Notes: generated by a model from the sequence alone, not told the origin. A stretch of 64,000 nt of DNA from an uncultured Gammaproteobacteria bacterium (GCA_963848305.1 CAWKDC010000001.1:1120001-1184000); one strand, 5' to 3'; positions 1 through 14,746 are shown, numbered from the stretch's first letter. A program made the numbers and translations.

Positions 1-1375
<1,375 letters not shown>

Positions 1376-1455
1376 CTATATCCCCTTACTTCTTCAATAC
1401 AACCTGTCACCAGCATGTTACTCAGCAAATGAGTTTACCTCCGTGAAACGAACCC

Positions 1456-2322
1456 CTACACTGCCTGTGCCCCGCTGATAATTTCTGATAATCTCTTGCG
1501 TGATCGCTGCTTGACGCGCTTTGTTATACACCAATTGAACTCGTTAATTAAATCACCTGCATTATCGGTTGCTGCTTTCATCGCAACCATCCGTGCTGCT
1601 TGTTCACAGGCAATATTTTCAATCACCGCTTGATAAACTTGTGATTCAATGAAACGTTTTAACAAAGTATCGAGCAATTCAATGCGTGCTCTGGTTCATA
1701 AATATAATCCCAGTGATGTTTTTTGCGGCACTGTCATCTTCTGGGGAATGGCAATAATTGTATCGACCGTGGGTTCTTGCGTCATGGTGTTCACGAAATT
1801 CATTAGACACAAATGTAACTGCATCAATTTTACCATCCAGATAATGCATCAATCATGACTTTACGACACCAATCAAATCAGTGCAGCTCGGGCGTATCGC
1901 CCAAATGCGTTGCTTGCGCAACAATATTGCCACCAAAACGTCTGAAAAAACCCATGCGCTTTGTTGCCAATCAAACACAAGATCAATCTCAACGCCTTCT
2001 CTCCATACTCTTGCATGGTCTGATCGCGCGTTTGAACAAATTATTATTCAAGCCACCGCACAGACCACGATCGGTAGTCACAATAATCAACGCCACACGT
2101 TTCACTTCGCGTTCTTCCATATAAGGAATGTCGATATTCAGAATGAGCATTGTGCCACATGACCAATCACTTCACGAATATTTTGTGCATAAGGCTTAGA
2201 CGCGCGCATGCGTTCTTGCGCTTTACGCATTTTACTCGCGGCCACCATTTCCATCGCATGCGTAATTTTTTGCGTGTTTTTAATGCTCTTAATTTTGTGC
2301 GGATTTCTTTAGCACCAGACAT
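1456..2322 (-). CDS. atpG: ATP synthase gamma subunit (frameshifted in this sequence)
   Basis: N-term [10 protein letters not shown]; C-term [25 protein letters not shown]...EIISGAQAV; operon position. Confidence 0.92.
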
Positions 2323-2333
2323 GCCATCTGACT

Positions 2334-3895
2334 CTAATCCCATGCAAAGCTGCGATTTAAATCATTCGAGCGCAGTATTTCAATGTGTGCTTCAATTTCG
2401 TCATTCTAATCGCCAGTTTGATTCAATGTTCTCACAAATCATGCATGTTCGCTATGCATGATAGACTATGCAATTCTTGTTCAAAATAGGCAATGCGATT
2501 CAATGGTACATCGTCAGATAACCATGATCCACAGCAAACAAAATGATCGCCATTTCTGCAACAGAAAGCGGATGAATATTGTTTTTGCTTCATCACTTCC
2601 GTAATACGTTGACCACGTTCCAAGTTGTTTACGTGTTGCATCATCCAAATCAGAAGCAAATTGCGAAAAAGCTTCTAATTCACGATATTGTGCCAATGCC
2701 AAACGCACACCACCACCCAGTTTTTTAATGATTTTGGTTTGTGCTGCACCACCCACACGAGAAACAGAAAACCCGCGTTAATAGCAGGACGAAACCGGCA
2801 GTTAAACAAATCAGTTTCTAAATAAGATTTGACCGTCGGTGATCGAAATCACGTTGGTGGGTACGAAGGCAGAACGTCACCCGCTTGCGTTTCAATGATA
2901 GGCAATGCAGTGAGTGAACCTGTTTTGCCTTTGACTTTACCGTTGGTCATTTTTTCTACATATTCAGCATTCACACGTGAAGCACGTTCCAACAAACGTG
3001 AATGCAAATAGAAGATATCGCCAGGATACGCTTCACGACCTGGTGGACGGCGTAGCAATAATGAAATTTGACGGTAAGCCCATGCTTGTTTGGTTAGATC
3101 ATCATAAATAATCAAAGCATCTTCACCATTATCACGGAAGTATTCACCCATCGCGCAACCCGCATAAGGCGCAATATATTGCATGGCAGCTGGATCAGAA
3201 GCAGTTGCTAGCGACAACAATGGTGTGTGTCAGCGCACCATGTTCTTCTAGTTTACGCACGACAGCATGCGACAGAAGATGCTTTTTGTCCAATCGCAAC
3301 ATAAATACATTTCACGCCAGTGCCTTTTTGATTGATGATGGTGTCGATGCGCAATGGCTGTTTTACCGGTTTGACGATCACCAATGATCAATTCACGTTG
3401 ACCGCGACCAACTGGTATCATGGCGTCAATCGCTTTCAATCCGGTTTGAACAGGTTGATTAACTGATTGACGGCTAATAACGCCAGGTGCCACTTTTTCA
3501 ACCGGTGAGAAGAATTTTGTGCATCAATCGGGCCTTTACCATCAATCGGATTGACCCAGCGCATCAACAACGCGGCCTAACAATGCTTCGCCCACAGGCA
3601 CTTCAAAATACGACCGGTACAATTGGCTGTTTGCCCTTCGGTCAAATGTTCGTATTGACCAAAAACAACGGCACCAACCGAATCACGCTCTAAGTTCAGC
3701 GCCAAGCCATAGGTATTACCGGGGAAATTCAATCATTTCACCTTGCATGACATCACGCAATCCTGAAATTTGCACAATCCCGTCAGAAACGCTCATCACG
3801 CTACCTTCAGAGCGCGCTTGCGAAACGACTTCAAAATTCTCGATGCGCTGTCTGATCACATCACTGATTTCAGCTGCACTTAATTGTATTCCCAT
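2334..3895 (-). CDS. atpA: ATP synthase alpha subunit (frameshifted; 3' end approximate)
   Basis: [59 protein letters not shown]. Confidence 0.93.
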
Positions 3896-3915
3896 GTTTC
3901 ACCTCACACACTCTA

Positions 3916-4446
3916 TTAATTCAAACAAGCGGCCAGTGCCGACAAACGATATTTTAAACTGGCGTCAATGACTTTATCGCCATAACGAATCACTAAACCA
4001 CCCAATAAATTGGGATCTTCTTCACAAGACAATGTAACCTTTTGTTGCGTTTTCGCTTCCAGCTTGCTCACAATCGCTGCTTTTTCAGCATCCGACAATG
4101 TGACAGCACTCGTCACGCTGGCAGGCAACACATCGTCGCTGGCATTATGGCGCGCTACAAACTGATCACGGATACTGGGCATCACAAAAAAACGGTCGTG
4201 TTCAATCACGGTTTGGATAAAATTACGCAAAGGTTCGCCAGGCTTTGCATGCACAAAGCTTGCAACGAGATCTTCAAATTGTTGGGCAGAGACTTGGGGA
4301 GACAAAGCTGCCTGTTTGATGTCAGGATGCTCTGCCAGGATTGCCCATGTGTCCAACGCATCTTGCCACGCACGCACGACATTGTTTGCCTTTGCATAAT
4401 CAAAGGCAGCTTGTGCGTATGGGCGTGCGAGTGTTGTGTCTGTCAT
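3916..4446 (-). CDS. atpH: ATP synthase delta subunit
   Basis: TLARPYAQAAF N-term; LLGGLVIRYGDKVIDAS C-term; operon position. Confidence 0.96.
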   Translation of the reverse strand: MTDTTLARPYAQAAFDYAKANNVVRAWQDALDTWAILAEHPDIKQAALSPQVSAQQFEDLVASFVHAKPGEPLRNFIQTVIEHDRFFVMPSIRDQFVARHNASDDVLPASVTSAVTLSDAEKAAIVSKLEAKTQQKVTLSCEEDPNLLGGLVIRYGDKVIDASLKYRLSALAACLN

Positions 4447-4470
4447 AAGGAAAACCCCATTTTAAAATTT

Positions 4471-4501
4471 CCCGATTCGCTTCGCGAATCTGCGCCCCTA
4501 C
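4471..4501 (-). repeat. GTAG-type REP-like element (degenerate copy)
   Basis: Minus strand GTAGGGGCGCA followed by GATTCGC/GCGAATC hairpin; same GTAGGGGCG head as copies at 10238 and 29181. Confidence 0.45.
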
Positions 4502-4503
4502 AA

Positions 4504-4974
4504 TCAAATTTCATCGACGACTTTGTTGATGAAATCACGGTGCGCTTTGTCATCCAGGTTTTTACCCAATAATTTCTTTGCGCTGGCCAGTGCTAAATCG
4601 ACCACTTCGCCACGCAATGATTGACGCGCATTTGTCACATCTTGCTCGATGCGGTTATGCGCGGCTGCCACCAAGCGTTGGCCTTCGTGAATCGCTTTCT
4701 CAGCGGCTGCTTTCACGATCTCATCAGCACGCTGATTAGCGTGGGTGATGATATCGGTCGCTTTCTGACGCGCTTCCATCAAAATGTGATGGGCCTCTTC
4801 TTGCGCCTTTTCCAGCTGATGCACCGATTTCTTGGAAGCCGCTAAGCCATCCGCAATGGTTTTTTCACGCTCATGGATGGCTGCCATGATAGGCGGCCAC
4901 ACATATTTCATGGTAAACCATATAAAGATGGCAAACGTTATGGCTTGCCCAAGCAGTGTCGCGTTAATATCCAT
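4504..4974 (-). CDS. atpF: ATP synthase F0 subunit b
   Basis: [28 protein letters not shown], 156 aa. Confidence 0.97.
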   Translation of the reverse strand: MDINATLLGQAITFAIFIWFTMKYVWPPIMAAIHEREKTIADGLAASKKSVHQLEKAQEEAHHILMEARQKATDIITHANQRADEIVKAAAEKAIHEGQRLVAAAHNRIEQDVTNARQSLRGEVVDLALASAKKLLGKNLDDKAHRDFINKVVDEI

Positions 4975-4998
4975 GGCTCACCTCACACGTGGATTATA

Positions 4999-5346
<348 letters not shown>

Positions 5347-5356
5347 CTAAAAAAAA

Positions 5357-6507
<1,151 letters not shown>

Positions 6508-6688
6508 CTTTATATACCCCCACCTCTTTGTTTCGGGCGCAGTATATAGCCTATTTCTGGATAACGCAAGTAGAAGGCAATGTCTTTGTTTCTCATTAAG
6601 AAAAAATGATGTTTTCTGACTTCACAAACAGTTTATTTATCTGTACAATAAGTTAATTAATTAACCACTGTTTGGGAAATGCTGTTGT

Positions 6689-7721
6689 ATGTCAATCCAA
6701 AAAATCAATTTGTTTTTTTCTAGAGAAATCAAGAAAATATCCTCTGATTTCTATGGCCGGCTGTCTAACTCCTGCCAGCCCCCTTCAGACCTTATCCTGT
6801 TCCTGAATGACATCATACGGGCTCAGTCCCCCGTGGCGCCCCAATGCACCTCTGCTGTTTGTGCTGTCTTACTACCGCCAAGAGATTTTTAAACAGGCCA
6901 TGGCATCTGTTTTTAAAGAATATGGCTCATTTCTTGACAAAAGTTTCGGCGAACTTGATGATTATGTTCATTTTTTACAGGAATTGAATCACACTAACCA
7001 TGTTTTCACCTTTTTGATGACCTTCAAAGACGGCAATGAGGAATATCAAGCATTGAATGGACCTGATAGCCTAGACTTGGCGGAGCCGCTAAAAATCCGG
7101 CTTGATCTTTTTTTCAAACAGGCTCGGGCCTTTATGTCCCAGTTGTGGGAAATGCAACACAGCCTGCTCGATCAGAGCTTTAGTCCTGATGGCACTTTTT
7201 TGCCCGATGTTTATGAGCAGGATCTCGCAGGCTATGAGTCAAGGCTTCAGCACTTACTTGCCAGTAGGCTCCAATACACAGGCCTGGCACCTACCGATCC
7301 GCTCTACGTCAGCTTTGAGGAAGCCGGGCAGGATTATTTTCTGGCAACAATAAACGTGCTGAGACAGCAGATCCAGCTGAAACATGATGTGACTGCATTG
7401 AGCACTTCTTTGCTTCTAATGCATCAGCGTCTGGGAGTGGCATTGTCAGAGGCCTATCGTGAACATGCCGCTGTCAAATCAACCATCACCCCCACCGCAT
7501 TGCCCAACAATCGTGTCATGTTTTCAAACTGGATCAAGCAATTGAAAAAAACAGCCACCCTTGTGGACAGTTTTCCCAGAGAATTCCTTTCCTCGCTGGT
7601 CAGTAACCAAGTCATTTCTTCCGAGATAGGGGGAAAATGGCTTGATGAACTGCGGGAGCGCGGTACTCACGTCATGGCAGGGCAAAAAGAGAACCTGGCT
7701 CGTTCAAAAAATGTCATGTAA
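6689..7721 (+). CDS. hypothetical helical protein; ORFs 6689-6892 and 6807-7721 probably one gene split at the C-run near 6828-6832
   Basis: 304-aa open frame; upstream ORF overlaps at a CCCCC homopolymer; no recognisable motif. Confidence 0.6.
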
Positions 7722-7884
7722 GACAATGCGTTGTCGACTCGTTTTTTGTGTTTCTGTAAAAATGGGCTGACCATCCCAAGTCCCTGCATTGATCTCGTGA
7801 CGCTCTTAGGAGACATTTTCTGGTATCATCTCCAATCCGTCCCCAGCCCAAAGGCAGAACCCACCAAATTTGGAGGAAAAAATA

Positions 7885-8346
7885 ATGGCTTACTGGCTCA
7901 TGAAATCTGAACCCAGCACTTACAGCATTGACGATCTCGCGCGTGCGAAAAATCAATCCGGCTTTTGGGACGGCGTGCGTAATTATCAAGCGCGCAATTT
8001 TTTGCGTGATGAAATGAAACCGGGAGACCTCGCGTTTTTTTATCATTCTAGTTGTGACGTGCCAGGGATTGTGGGGATCATCAAGATCACTGAAACCGGT
8101 TGTGTGGATAAAACCGCATTTGATCCAGAATCGCCCTATTTCGATCCGCGATCAACGCCTGACAATCCACGTTGGTACGGGGTCAAGTTTACATTGGTTG
8201 AAAAATTTGAGGACATGATCCCTCTGGGAATATTGCGCATCAATCCTATTCTTCAACACATGCCGTTATTGAAAAAGGGAAATCGATTGTCTATCACTCC
8301 CGTGACCCAACAAGAATGGCTCGCCATTATCGGGAAATCACCATAA
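7885..8346 (+). CDS. EVE domain protein (thymocyte nuclear protein-like)
   Basis: YWLMKSEP, WDGVRNYQARNFLR, FFYHSSC, RLSITPV; GGAGG RBS. Confidence 0.95.
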   Translation: MAYWLMKSEPSTYSIDDLARAKNQSGFWDGVRNYQARNFLRDEMKPGDLAFFYHSSCDVPGIVGIIKITETGCVDKTAFDPESPYFDPRSTPDNPRWYGVKFTLVEKFEDMIPLGILRINPILQHMPLLKKGNRLSITPVTQQEWLAIIGKSP

Positions 8347-8406
8347 ATCCTCCGTCACCGGCGCAGGAATATCAGCAGCATTCAGCACCATCACGGCGCT
8401 TGCTAC

Positions 8407-8429
8407 ACCACAATAGGTGGTTTTTTTTT
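8407..8429 (+). terminator. putative intrinsic terminator after EVE gene
   Basis: ACCAC-aatag-GTGGT stem then T-run. Confidence 0.5.
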
Positions 8430-8457
8430 GTGTTATGAAACGACATGACATTTCCCA

Positions 8458-9360
8458 CTACACAATATGTGAAATAATGCCATCCAGCTCTTCCAGTGAA
8501 TGATAACTGATCACCAATTTACCCTTGCCACTGGGTGTGTGGGCTATGTCGAGTTTTGCGCCTAAAATTTCACTCAAGCGCCCTTCTAATAATTGCACAT
8601 CGGGATCTTGGTAGCGCGATTTTTCGGTAGGCGCATCGTCTTCATCGCGGCGCATCAGCTGTTGCACTTGCGCTTCCGTTTGACGCACCGATAAATTTTT
8701 TGCGATGATCAAACGAGCCAATTCTAATTGACGCACACTGGGCAACGGCAATAACGCGCGTGCGTGACCCATCTCTAATTCACCCGCTTCTACCATGGTT
8801 TTCACATCGTCACGCAATGTTAACAAGCGCAATAAATTGGTAACCATGGCGCGCGACTTGCCCACCAATTCCCCGACAGCTTGATGGGTGAGTGAAAATT
8901 GTTTCATCAGGCGATCAAGCCCCATCGCTTCTTCAATAGGATTGAGATCTTCACGTTGCAAATTTTCAATGATGGCCATTGCACTCGCCGTGGCTTCATC
9001 GACGTCACGCACAATCACGGGCACTTCAGATAAACCGGCTAATTGCGCAGCGCGCCAACGTCGTTCACCCGCAATGATTTCAAAACTTTTATCCGCACGA
9101 GGGCGCACAACGATAGGCTGAATAATACCTTGTGAACGGATGGAATCGGCCAGTTCCTCAAGTTGTGCTTCCTGAAACACGCGACGCGGTTGATAAGGAG
9201 AGCGCACCAACCGTTCAACAGGCACGTATGTCAAGGCGGGTTTGTTGCTCGAGGTAATGGCAACCTCGGCCAAATCGACGCGCGCACTGGCCGGCTCATC
9301 GATCACAGCGGAGCTGAGCAAAGACCCGAGTGGTGTTCCTAAAATTGATTTTCTGGCCAT
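8458..9360 (-). CDS. parB: chromosome partitioning protein ParB
   Basis: QGIIQPIVVR, IIAGERRWRAAQLAG, ENLQREDLNPIEEA, HTH; AGGAG RBS before ATG 9360. Confidence 0.97.
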   Translation of the reverse strand: MARKSILGTPLGSLLSSAVIDEPASARVDLAEVAITSSNKPALTYVPVERLVRSPYQPRRVFQEAQLEELADSIRSQGIIQPIVVRPRADKSFEIIAGERRWRAAQLAGLSEVPVIVRDVDEATASAMAIIENLQREDLNPIEEAMGLDRLMKQFSLTHQAVGELVGKSRAMVTNLLRLLTLRDDVKTMVEAGELEMGHARALLPLPSVRQLELARLIIAKNLSVRQTEAQVQQLMRRDEDDAPTEKSRYQDPDVQLLEGRLSEILGAKLDIAHTPSGKGKLVISYHSLEELDGIISHIV

Positions 9361-9373
9361 GAGCAACTCCTGT

Positions 9374-10189
9374 TTATGCGTCAGCGGGTTCACGATCGAT
9401 GGTGGCGGCCTCGTAGAGAGGATCATGCGGCTGACGTTTTAAAAACTCACCCGCCAATGATAAATAGCACGCTGCCCCACGCGAATACTTGTCGTAGTGT
9501 AGCACAGGCAACCCGTGGCTCGGCGCTTCTGCTAACCGAACATTGCGTGGAATCACGGTTTTATATACTTTATTGCCAAAATGCTGAATCAATTGTGCGG
9601 TCACTTCTTGTGCCAACCCATTGCGCGGATCGTACATGGTACGCAATAAACCTTCAATCGTCAGACCCGGATTGACGGATTGCGTCAATGTTTGAATCGT
9701 TTGCACCAAGGCTGTTAATCCTTCCAGGGCATAATATTCGCACTGCATAGGGATGATCACCGAGTGCGCTGCCACCAAACCATTCACGGTGAGCATGTTC
9801 AAAGAGGGGGGACAATCAATTAAAATATAATCATAAACGTCTTTGACCGCATTCAATGCCATTTTCAAACGTTTTTCACGGTTGTCTTGATTGAGCAAAC
9901 CAATTTCAGCTTCAGTCAGGCGCGCATTCGCCGGCATGACATGATAACCGCCAGGGGTTTCTGTGATGATGGCTTGTTGCGCCGTCGCAGTGCCCAGCAA
10001 TACTTCATTCGTGGTACAGCGCAACTGATATTTTGAAATGCCGCTGCCCATGGTCGCATTACCTTGCGGATCCAGATCGACCAGCAACACCCTGCGTTTG
10101 GCTACAACCAATGACGCCGCTAAATTCACGCAGGAAGTGGTTTTTCCTACGCCGCCTTTTTGATTCGCCATGGCGACAATTTTTGCCAT
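9374..10189 (-). CDS. parA: chromosome partitioning ATPase ParA/Soj
   Basis: NQKGGVGKTT, DLDPQGNAT, IDCPPSL, IPRNVRLAEAPSHG. Confidence 0.97.
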   Translation of the reverse strand: MAKIVAMANQKGGVGKTTSCVNLAASLVVAKRRVLLVDLDPQGNATMGSGISKYQLRCTTNEVLLGTATAQQAIITETPGGYHVMPANARLTEAEIGLLNQDNREKRLKMALNAVKDVYDYILIDCPPSLNMLTVNGLVAAHSVIIPMQCEYYALEGLTALVQTIQTLTQSVNPGLTIEGLLRTMYDPRNGLAQEVTAQLIQHFGNKVYKTVIPRNVRLAEAPSHGLPVLHYDKYSRGAACYLSLAGEFLKRQPHDPLYEAATIDREPADA

Positions 10190-10237
10190 TTATGTGTTCT
10201 CCCTGAATCGGTTAACAACCCCTAACCCTCTCGGTTT

Positions 10238-10265
10238 GCGCATGGGCGCAAGTATGCGCCCCTAC
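10238..10265 (-). repeat. GTAG-type REP-like element
   Basis: Minus strand GTAG-GGGCGCA-tact-TGCGCCC-ATGCGC; its TAG is the rsmG stop codon. Confidence 0.6.
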
Positions 10266-10912
10266 AAGGGGCGATTTTTCAATAGCACGATAAGATGTCG
10301 TGCTGCGTCAAGCCCCGGCACCGTCAATGCGTGCGAGGCGCTCAATACAAACCCCTTTGGCAATGCAGCCAATTCCGCATCAGGATACTGGCCTTTCATC
10401 GCATAAAAATAACCGCCCTCTTTGCAGAGGTGCTGCGTTACTTTCAGCATATCACTGATACTGCTGAATGCACGCGTGATCACACCATCAAATGGATCAG
10501 CATGATAATGTTCTGCGCGATCCTGCACCAGCGTCACCTGATCCAGCTTAAGATTGATTTTCACTTGTTGCAAGAATACCATTTTTTTGCCAACAGAATC
10601 GAGCAAAGTCAGCTGCCATTCGGGCTTAGCAATCGCCAGCACGATGCCTGGAATGCCCGCACCTGTTCCCACATCAATAAAACGTTTGCCTTCTAAAAAA
10701 GGAATGATGGACAATGCATCCATGATATGGTGCGTGACCTGTGCCTCCGGTGTTTTGATTGCCGTGAGGTTATACACATCTTGCCACCGCGCCATCAACC
10801 CGAGGTACGTGACGAAATCCTCCAGCGCGTTGCTGGGCAGCGCAATAGGCGCTTGCGGCAAGTATTCGGCCAACAAGGTTCGGTATCTTTCACTGTGTGG
10901 TTCGTTTGACAT
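10262..10912 (-). CDS. rsmG: 16S rRNA m7G527 methyltransferase
   Basis: YNLTAI, HIMDAL, DVGTGAGIPG, TRAFS, AMKG; upstream of parA. Confidence 0.96.
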   Translation of the reverse strand: MSNEPHSERYRTLLAEYLPQAPIALPSNALEDFVTYLGLMARWQDVYNLTAIKTPEAQVTHHIMDALSIIPFLEGKRFIDVGTGAGIPGIVLAIAKPEWQLTLLDSVGKKMVFLQQVKINLKLDQVTLVQDRAEHYHADPFDGVITRAFSSISDMLKVTQHLCKEGGYFYAMKGQYPDAELAALPKGFVLSASHALTVPGLDAARHLIVLLKNRPL

Positions 10913-10997
10913 GAGGGGAAGTATACTATAGTACAGCTAGCCATGTGTCTGCTTTGTGATGAAAGACCTCAAAGCCACATGCCTCATTCACTAAGCC

Positions 10998-11027
10998 TTG
11001 ACGGGGGGGGTGGTAGGGGCGTATAGT
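10998..11027 (+). promoter_or_regulatory. putative sigma70 promoter with a G8 tract in the spacer
   Basis: TTGACG (10998) - 18 bp - TATAGT (11022); G8 at 11003-11010. Confidence 0.5.
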
Positions 11028-11060
11028 TAGGGGATATTAAGAGAAGTGAAGGGGGCTTTT

Positions 11061-11510
11061 ATGTTTATGGTTGATGATAATGATGTTTACTATGGTCAGA
11101 GCAACTTTCCCCCTGAAAAGCCTCTCACGGCAGAGGAAATTGAATCTCTGCAAAAAACCAGGTACTGGGCTTTGGCCTTTCTTGCCTTCATCACATCTCC
11201 CGTGATAATGAACGATGCCATTAAAAACAACACCGGCGCTGCCTCAGAACTTTACACAAACGGCCAGTTTATGGTCGGCCTGATTCTTGGCATTGCCGCG
11301 CTGGGGCTCGTCCTCTGGCAAGTGTATGGAATGATGCAACCGAATACGGAGCATATGCAGAAAAGCAGCGCAACATCGAGTCCACTATTGCCCAATAAAA
11401 ATCCACTCAATATCCAAAATCGTGAGATGGAAATGATCGACCTGCAGGCGGGGGAGGAAAGTCCGGGGACACTTCAGCGCGAGGCTAAAGAGATCATCCA
11501 CGTGATTTAA
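11061..11510 (+). CDS. hypothetical 2-TM membrane protein
   Basis: Open frame with two hydrophobic segments, GAAGGGGG RBS and upstream promoter. Confidence 0.6.
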   Translation: MFMVDDNDVYYGQSNFPPEKPLTAEEIESLQKTRYWALAFLAFITSPVIMNDAIKNNTGAASELYTNGQFMVGLILGIAALGLVLWQVYGMMQPNTEHMQKSSATSSPLLPNKNPLNIQNREMEMIDLQAGEESPGTLQREAKEIIHVI

Positions 11511-11776
11511 CCCAGTAAAAACGACTCTAACATCATGCCCATGATTTTTTCTGATGAGAATGTATTGGCATTGATCACGCGCAAGATCTCATGTGGATGC
11601 GTTTTCAAAAACCACGTGAAATGCATTGGCGATTCAGGGATTTTCTTCACCTCAATATAATCATGCTGTGGCACGACAAAATCAATTTCATGTGTTTGTG
11701 ATTGCCAAAAATTCAGGTGATTCGGCATGCCCTCTGCATCTTCAATGCACATTCTGCGCCATAATTCTTGCGCCAC
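11507..11776 (-). pseudogene. C-terminal remnant of AAA+/DUF4143 ATPase
   Basis: AQELWRR...FWQSQTHEIDFVV...YIEVK, a PD-(D/E)xK-like C-terminus with no ATPase part. Confidence 0.7.
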
Positions 11777-11799
11777 AGGCTGATCTGTTTTTCAGGATC

Positions 11800-12255
11800 G
11801 TAGGGGTAACAAGGCACGACACACATCTGAACCGGTTGTCACCACTAATATCTCGCGCAATTCACCCGCATTCAGGAAATTGCACAGCTGGAAGTGCTGT
11901 TGCTTATGCTTAAAGAACACGTTGGAAAATTGCTCAATCGCGACACCTTATCTAAGAAATTGCAAGTAGCCAATCAGACTGTTGAAAGATGGATAACGAC
12001 TTTAGAATCATTCTATACAGTTTTTAGGGTTAAACCTTGGCATAAAAATGTTTCTCGAAGCCTTATTAAAGAACCCAAAATTTATTTGTGGGATTGGTCA
12101 AATATTACTGATATTGGCGATCGTTCAGAAAACTTTATGCTGCTCCATACGCTTTTCAGGTCATTATTGACATGCCATTTGTGATGGAGGATTGTTTTGC
12201 TCACAGCGACCCCATTAAGGTGCCGGCCAGGACATTTTTATCCCAGCTTATTTAA
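11800..12255 (+). pseudogene. internally deleted remnant of a second AAA+/DUF4143 ATPase (start approximate)
   Basis: TRIQEIAQLEVLLLML...QTVERWITTLESFY...SLIKEPKIYLWDW, then in another frame APYAFQVIIDMPF...VPARTFLSQLI* (stop 12253-12255). Confidence 0.75.
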
Positions 12256-12307
12256 ACTGAGGGGCAATGCCCTGAGCCGTTGGCGCTACATGTGCCCATA
12301 CTCTTTC

Positions 12308-12336
12308 TTGACATTTAAGACTAAGTTGTGTATCTT
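12308..12336 (+). promoter_or_regulatory. putative sigma70 promoter
   Basis: TTGACA-17 bp-TATCTT upstream of ATG 12362. Confidence 0.55.
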
Positions 12337-12361
12337 AGATGGTATTGATGCGGGGGTAGCT

Positions 12362-12838
12362 ATGATGACGTCTGGCAATATCAAAAAAGCAGGTATAGGC
12401 TTTGGTTGGCTTGTAGGTGCTGGCGCTTATGGCGCGTCCCTTTGGCAGGCAGCCATCAACAACACTGACAAAGCAGACTATCAGAGCCTCAATGAATACA
12501 ACATCCGTTTGTATGATGGCGATATGGCTGAATTTGTATGGGTACAAGCCGTTGTTGCGGTCGGTATTGGACTTTATGCCACTGTTGCGACATCCAAAGA
12601 AAATTATCAATGGCGCGCAGGCCTGTCCACGGCAGCGTTCATTTTTTGTTCTGCCTTCGCTGTTGCCTTCACCGCAGGGTCAATGACAGGATCCGATGCG
12701 GCAATCGACAGCAATGCGTTATATCCTACCGCATCTATTTTCTGTATTGTTTTATCCTGTATGTCTGCCTATTTCATGTCCATAGGATTTAGTGATTCTT
12801 CAAATGAATCAACAGCAAAGAAATCGCCGCCGGTGTGA
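12362..12838 (+). CDS. hypothetical 4-TM membrane protein; overlaps the mnmG 3' end by 50 bp
   Basis: Four hydrophobic segments; own promoter and GGGG RBS. Confidence 0.6.
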   Translation: MMTSGNIKKAGIGFGWLVGAGAYGASLWQAAINNTDKADYQSLNEYNIRLYDGDMAEFVWVQAVVAVGIGLYATVATSKENYQWRAGLSTAAFIFCSAFAVAFTAGSMTGSDAAIDSNALYPTASIFCIVLSCMSAYFMSIGFSDSSNESTAKKSPPV

Positions 12839-14654
12839 CGCCAGGAATGCGGGATGCTTGACCAATCGTCCCAGGTTGATGTTGGTTCAGTTTTTCACAC
12901 ACTTCAGTTGATAGTCCCTTGACGGTTTTATAGTCAAAATCTGCCGGCAAACCGGTGGTCTCATGTTTCTTTTGCCTGTCCACTTCTTGTTGTTGTCGCT
13001 CAATGTATCCGGCATATTTTAATTGCGTTTCGACTTGTAGAACGACTTCATCATTCGGCATCTGTGATGCGAATTCTGGATCTTGTTTTAATGCATCGTA
13101 TGTGATTTCTGGACGCAATAACAAATGACTCAGCGCATATTCACGTGACATTTCTGTGCCTGATAAGGCTTCAACTATTTTTGCCATCGTTGTGCCAGGA
13201 TGAATAATCGTTTTTTTCAAACGCACCTGCTCTGCCTCCACGGCATTGTATTTGTGGGTGAAGCGTGAAAAACGTTCATCATCAACCAGGCCGAGCGTCT
13301 TTGCTTTCGGTGTTAAGCGAATATCCGCATTGTCTTCACGCAACAGCAGACGGTATTCCGCACGAGAAGTAAACATACGATAAGGTTCTGGCGCACCTTG
13401 CGTGATCAAATCATCGACCAGCACGCCCAAATATGCTTCATCTCGACTCAAGGTAAAAGCGGGCTCATTGCGCGCCTTTAATACCGCATTGATGCCAGCA
13501 TACAAACCTTGTGCAGCCGCTTCTTCATACCCCGTGGTGCCATTGATTTGACCTGCGAAAAATAAATTCTGAATGAATTTGGTTTCGAAATTGGTTTTTA
13601 AATCTCGCGGATCCATGAAATCATATTCGATCGCATAGCCGGGGCGCGTGATGTGCGCGTTTTCAAAACCAAACATGGAGCGAATGTATCGCACTTGCAC
13701 ATCATAAGGCAAACTCGTTGACACGCCGTTTGGGTATAGTTCGTTGCTGGTTAGTCCTTCTGGTTCCACAAATATTTGGTGCGAGGTTTTATCGGCAAAA
13801 CGATGGATTTTATCTTCAATCGAGGGACAATACCGCGGGCCACGACCCGTGATGTTGCCTGAAAACAACGGTGATTCGGACAAACTTTCGCGAATAATGT
13901 CGTGCGTTTTTTCATTCGTATGGGTAATATGACACGGGACTTGTTGCGGATGTTCACTCACATCCCCCATGAAAGACATCACCGGCAAGGGCGTATCGCC
14001 ATGCTGTTCCGCCAACAGATCGAGGCGCACAGTGCGTTTATCTAATCGGGGTGGTGTACCTGTTTTCAGCCTACCGACACGAAAGGGTAATGCCCGCAGA
14101 CGTTGGGATAAACCATTCGCGGGTGGGTCACCTGCGCGCCCGCCTTGAAAATTCTTCAACCCTAAATGGATAACACCGCCTAAAAATGTGCCTGTCGTCA
14201 GCACCACGGCATGGGCATAAAAATGGATACCGGTTTGGGTGATCACCCCTTTAACCGTGTCTTTTTCAACGATCAGATCTTCAATGCTTTGTTGAAAAAC
14301 GGTGATAAGCGGTTCTGAAAAGATAAACTGTTGAATCGCATTTTTATATAACAGGCGATCAGCTTGCGCTCGTGTGGCCCAACGGCTGGCCCATTTGCTG
14401 CCATTTAAGACTCGAAAGTGGATACCGGCCCGATCAGTTGCCCGAGCCATGACCCCACCCATCGCATCAATTTCTTTCACCAAATGGGATTTGCCTATAC
14501 CGCCAATCGCCGGGTTGCAAGACATTTGCCCGATGGTTTCAACATTATGGGTGACCAGTAATGTCCGGGCGCCCATTCTGGCGCAGGCATGTGCCGCTTC
14601 GGTGCCCGCATGACCACCCCCGACAACGATGACATCAAATACTGCTTTATTCAT
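12789..14654 (-). CDS. mnmG: tRNA uridine-5-carboxymethylaminomethyl(34) synthesis enzyme MnmG (GidA)
   Basis: [61 protein letters not shown]. Confidence 0.98.
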   Translation of the reverse strand: MNKAVFDVIVVGGGHAGTEAAHACARMGARTLLVTHNVETIGQMSCNPAIGGIGKSHLVKEIDAMGGVMARATDRAGIHFRVLNGSKWASRWATRAQADRLLYKNAIQQFIFSEPLITVFQQSIEDLIVEKDTVKGVITQTGIHFYAHAVVLTTGTFLGGVIHLGLKNFQGGRAGDPPANGLSQRLRALPFRVGRLKTGTPPRLDKRTVRLDLLAEQHGDTPLPVMSFMGDVSEHPQQVPCHITHTNEKTHDIIRESLSESPLFSGNITGRGPRYCPSIEDKIHRFADKTSHQIFVEPEGLTSNELYPNGVSTSLPYDVQVRYIRSMFGFENAHITRPGYAIEYDFMDPRDLKTNFETKFIQNLFFAGQINGTTGYEEAAAQGLYAGINAVLKARNEPAFTLSRDEAYLGVLVDDLITQGAPEPYRMFTSRAEYRLLLREDNADIRLTPKAKTLGLVDDERFSRFTHKYNAVEAEQVRLKKTIIHPGTTMAKIVEALSGTEMSREYALSHLLLRPEITYDALKQDPEFASQMPNDEVVLQVETQLKYAGYIERQQQEVDRQKKHETTGLPADFDYKTVKGLSTEVCEKLNQHQPGTIGQASRIPGVTPAAISLLLIHLKNH

Positions 14655-14746
14655 CAAATGCTTAGCCCCATAGAACACTTCATCAACGTAAGGGTCCTAT
14701 TATGCCACAAAGGATCTAACTTACGCTAGGAAGATTCACCTAAGCT

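Noticed and set aside
8340-8405. Further DUF4143 tail remnant (minus strand VMVLNAADIPAPVTEDLW*)
   Set aside because: It is too short and too weak to support without an alignment.
14370-14400. Odd MnmG motif [11 protein letters not shown] in place of KGPAVRATRAQ
   Set aside because: One inserted base plus one deleted base restores the canonical motif, so this is compensating indel error.
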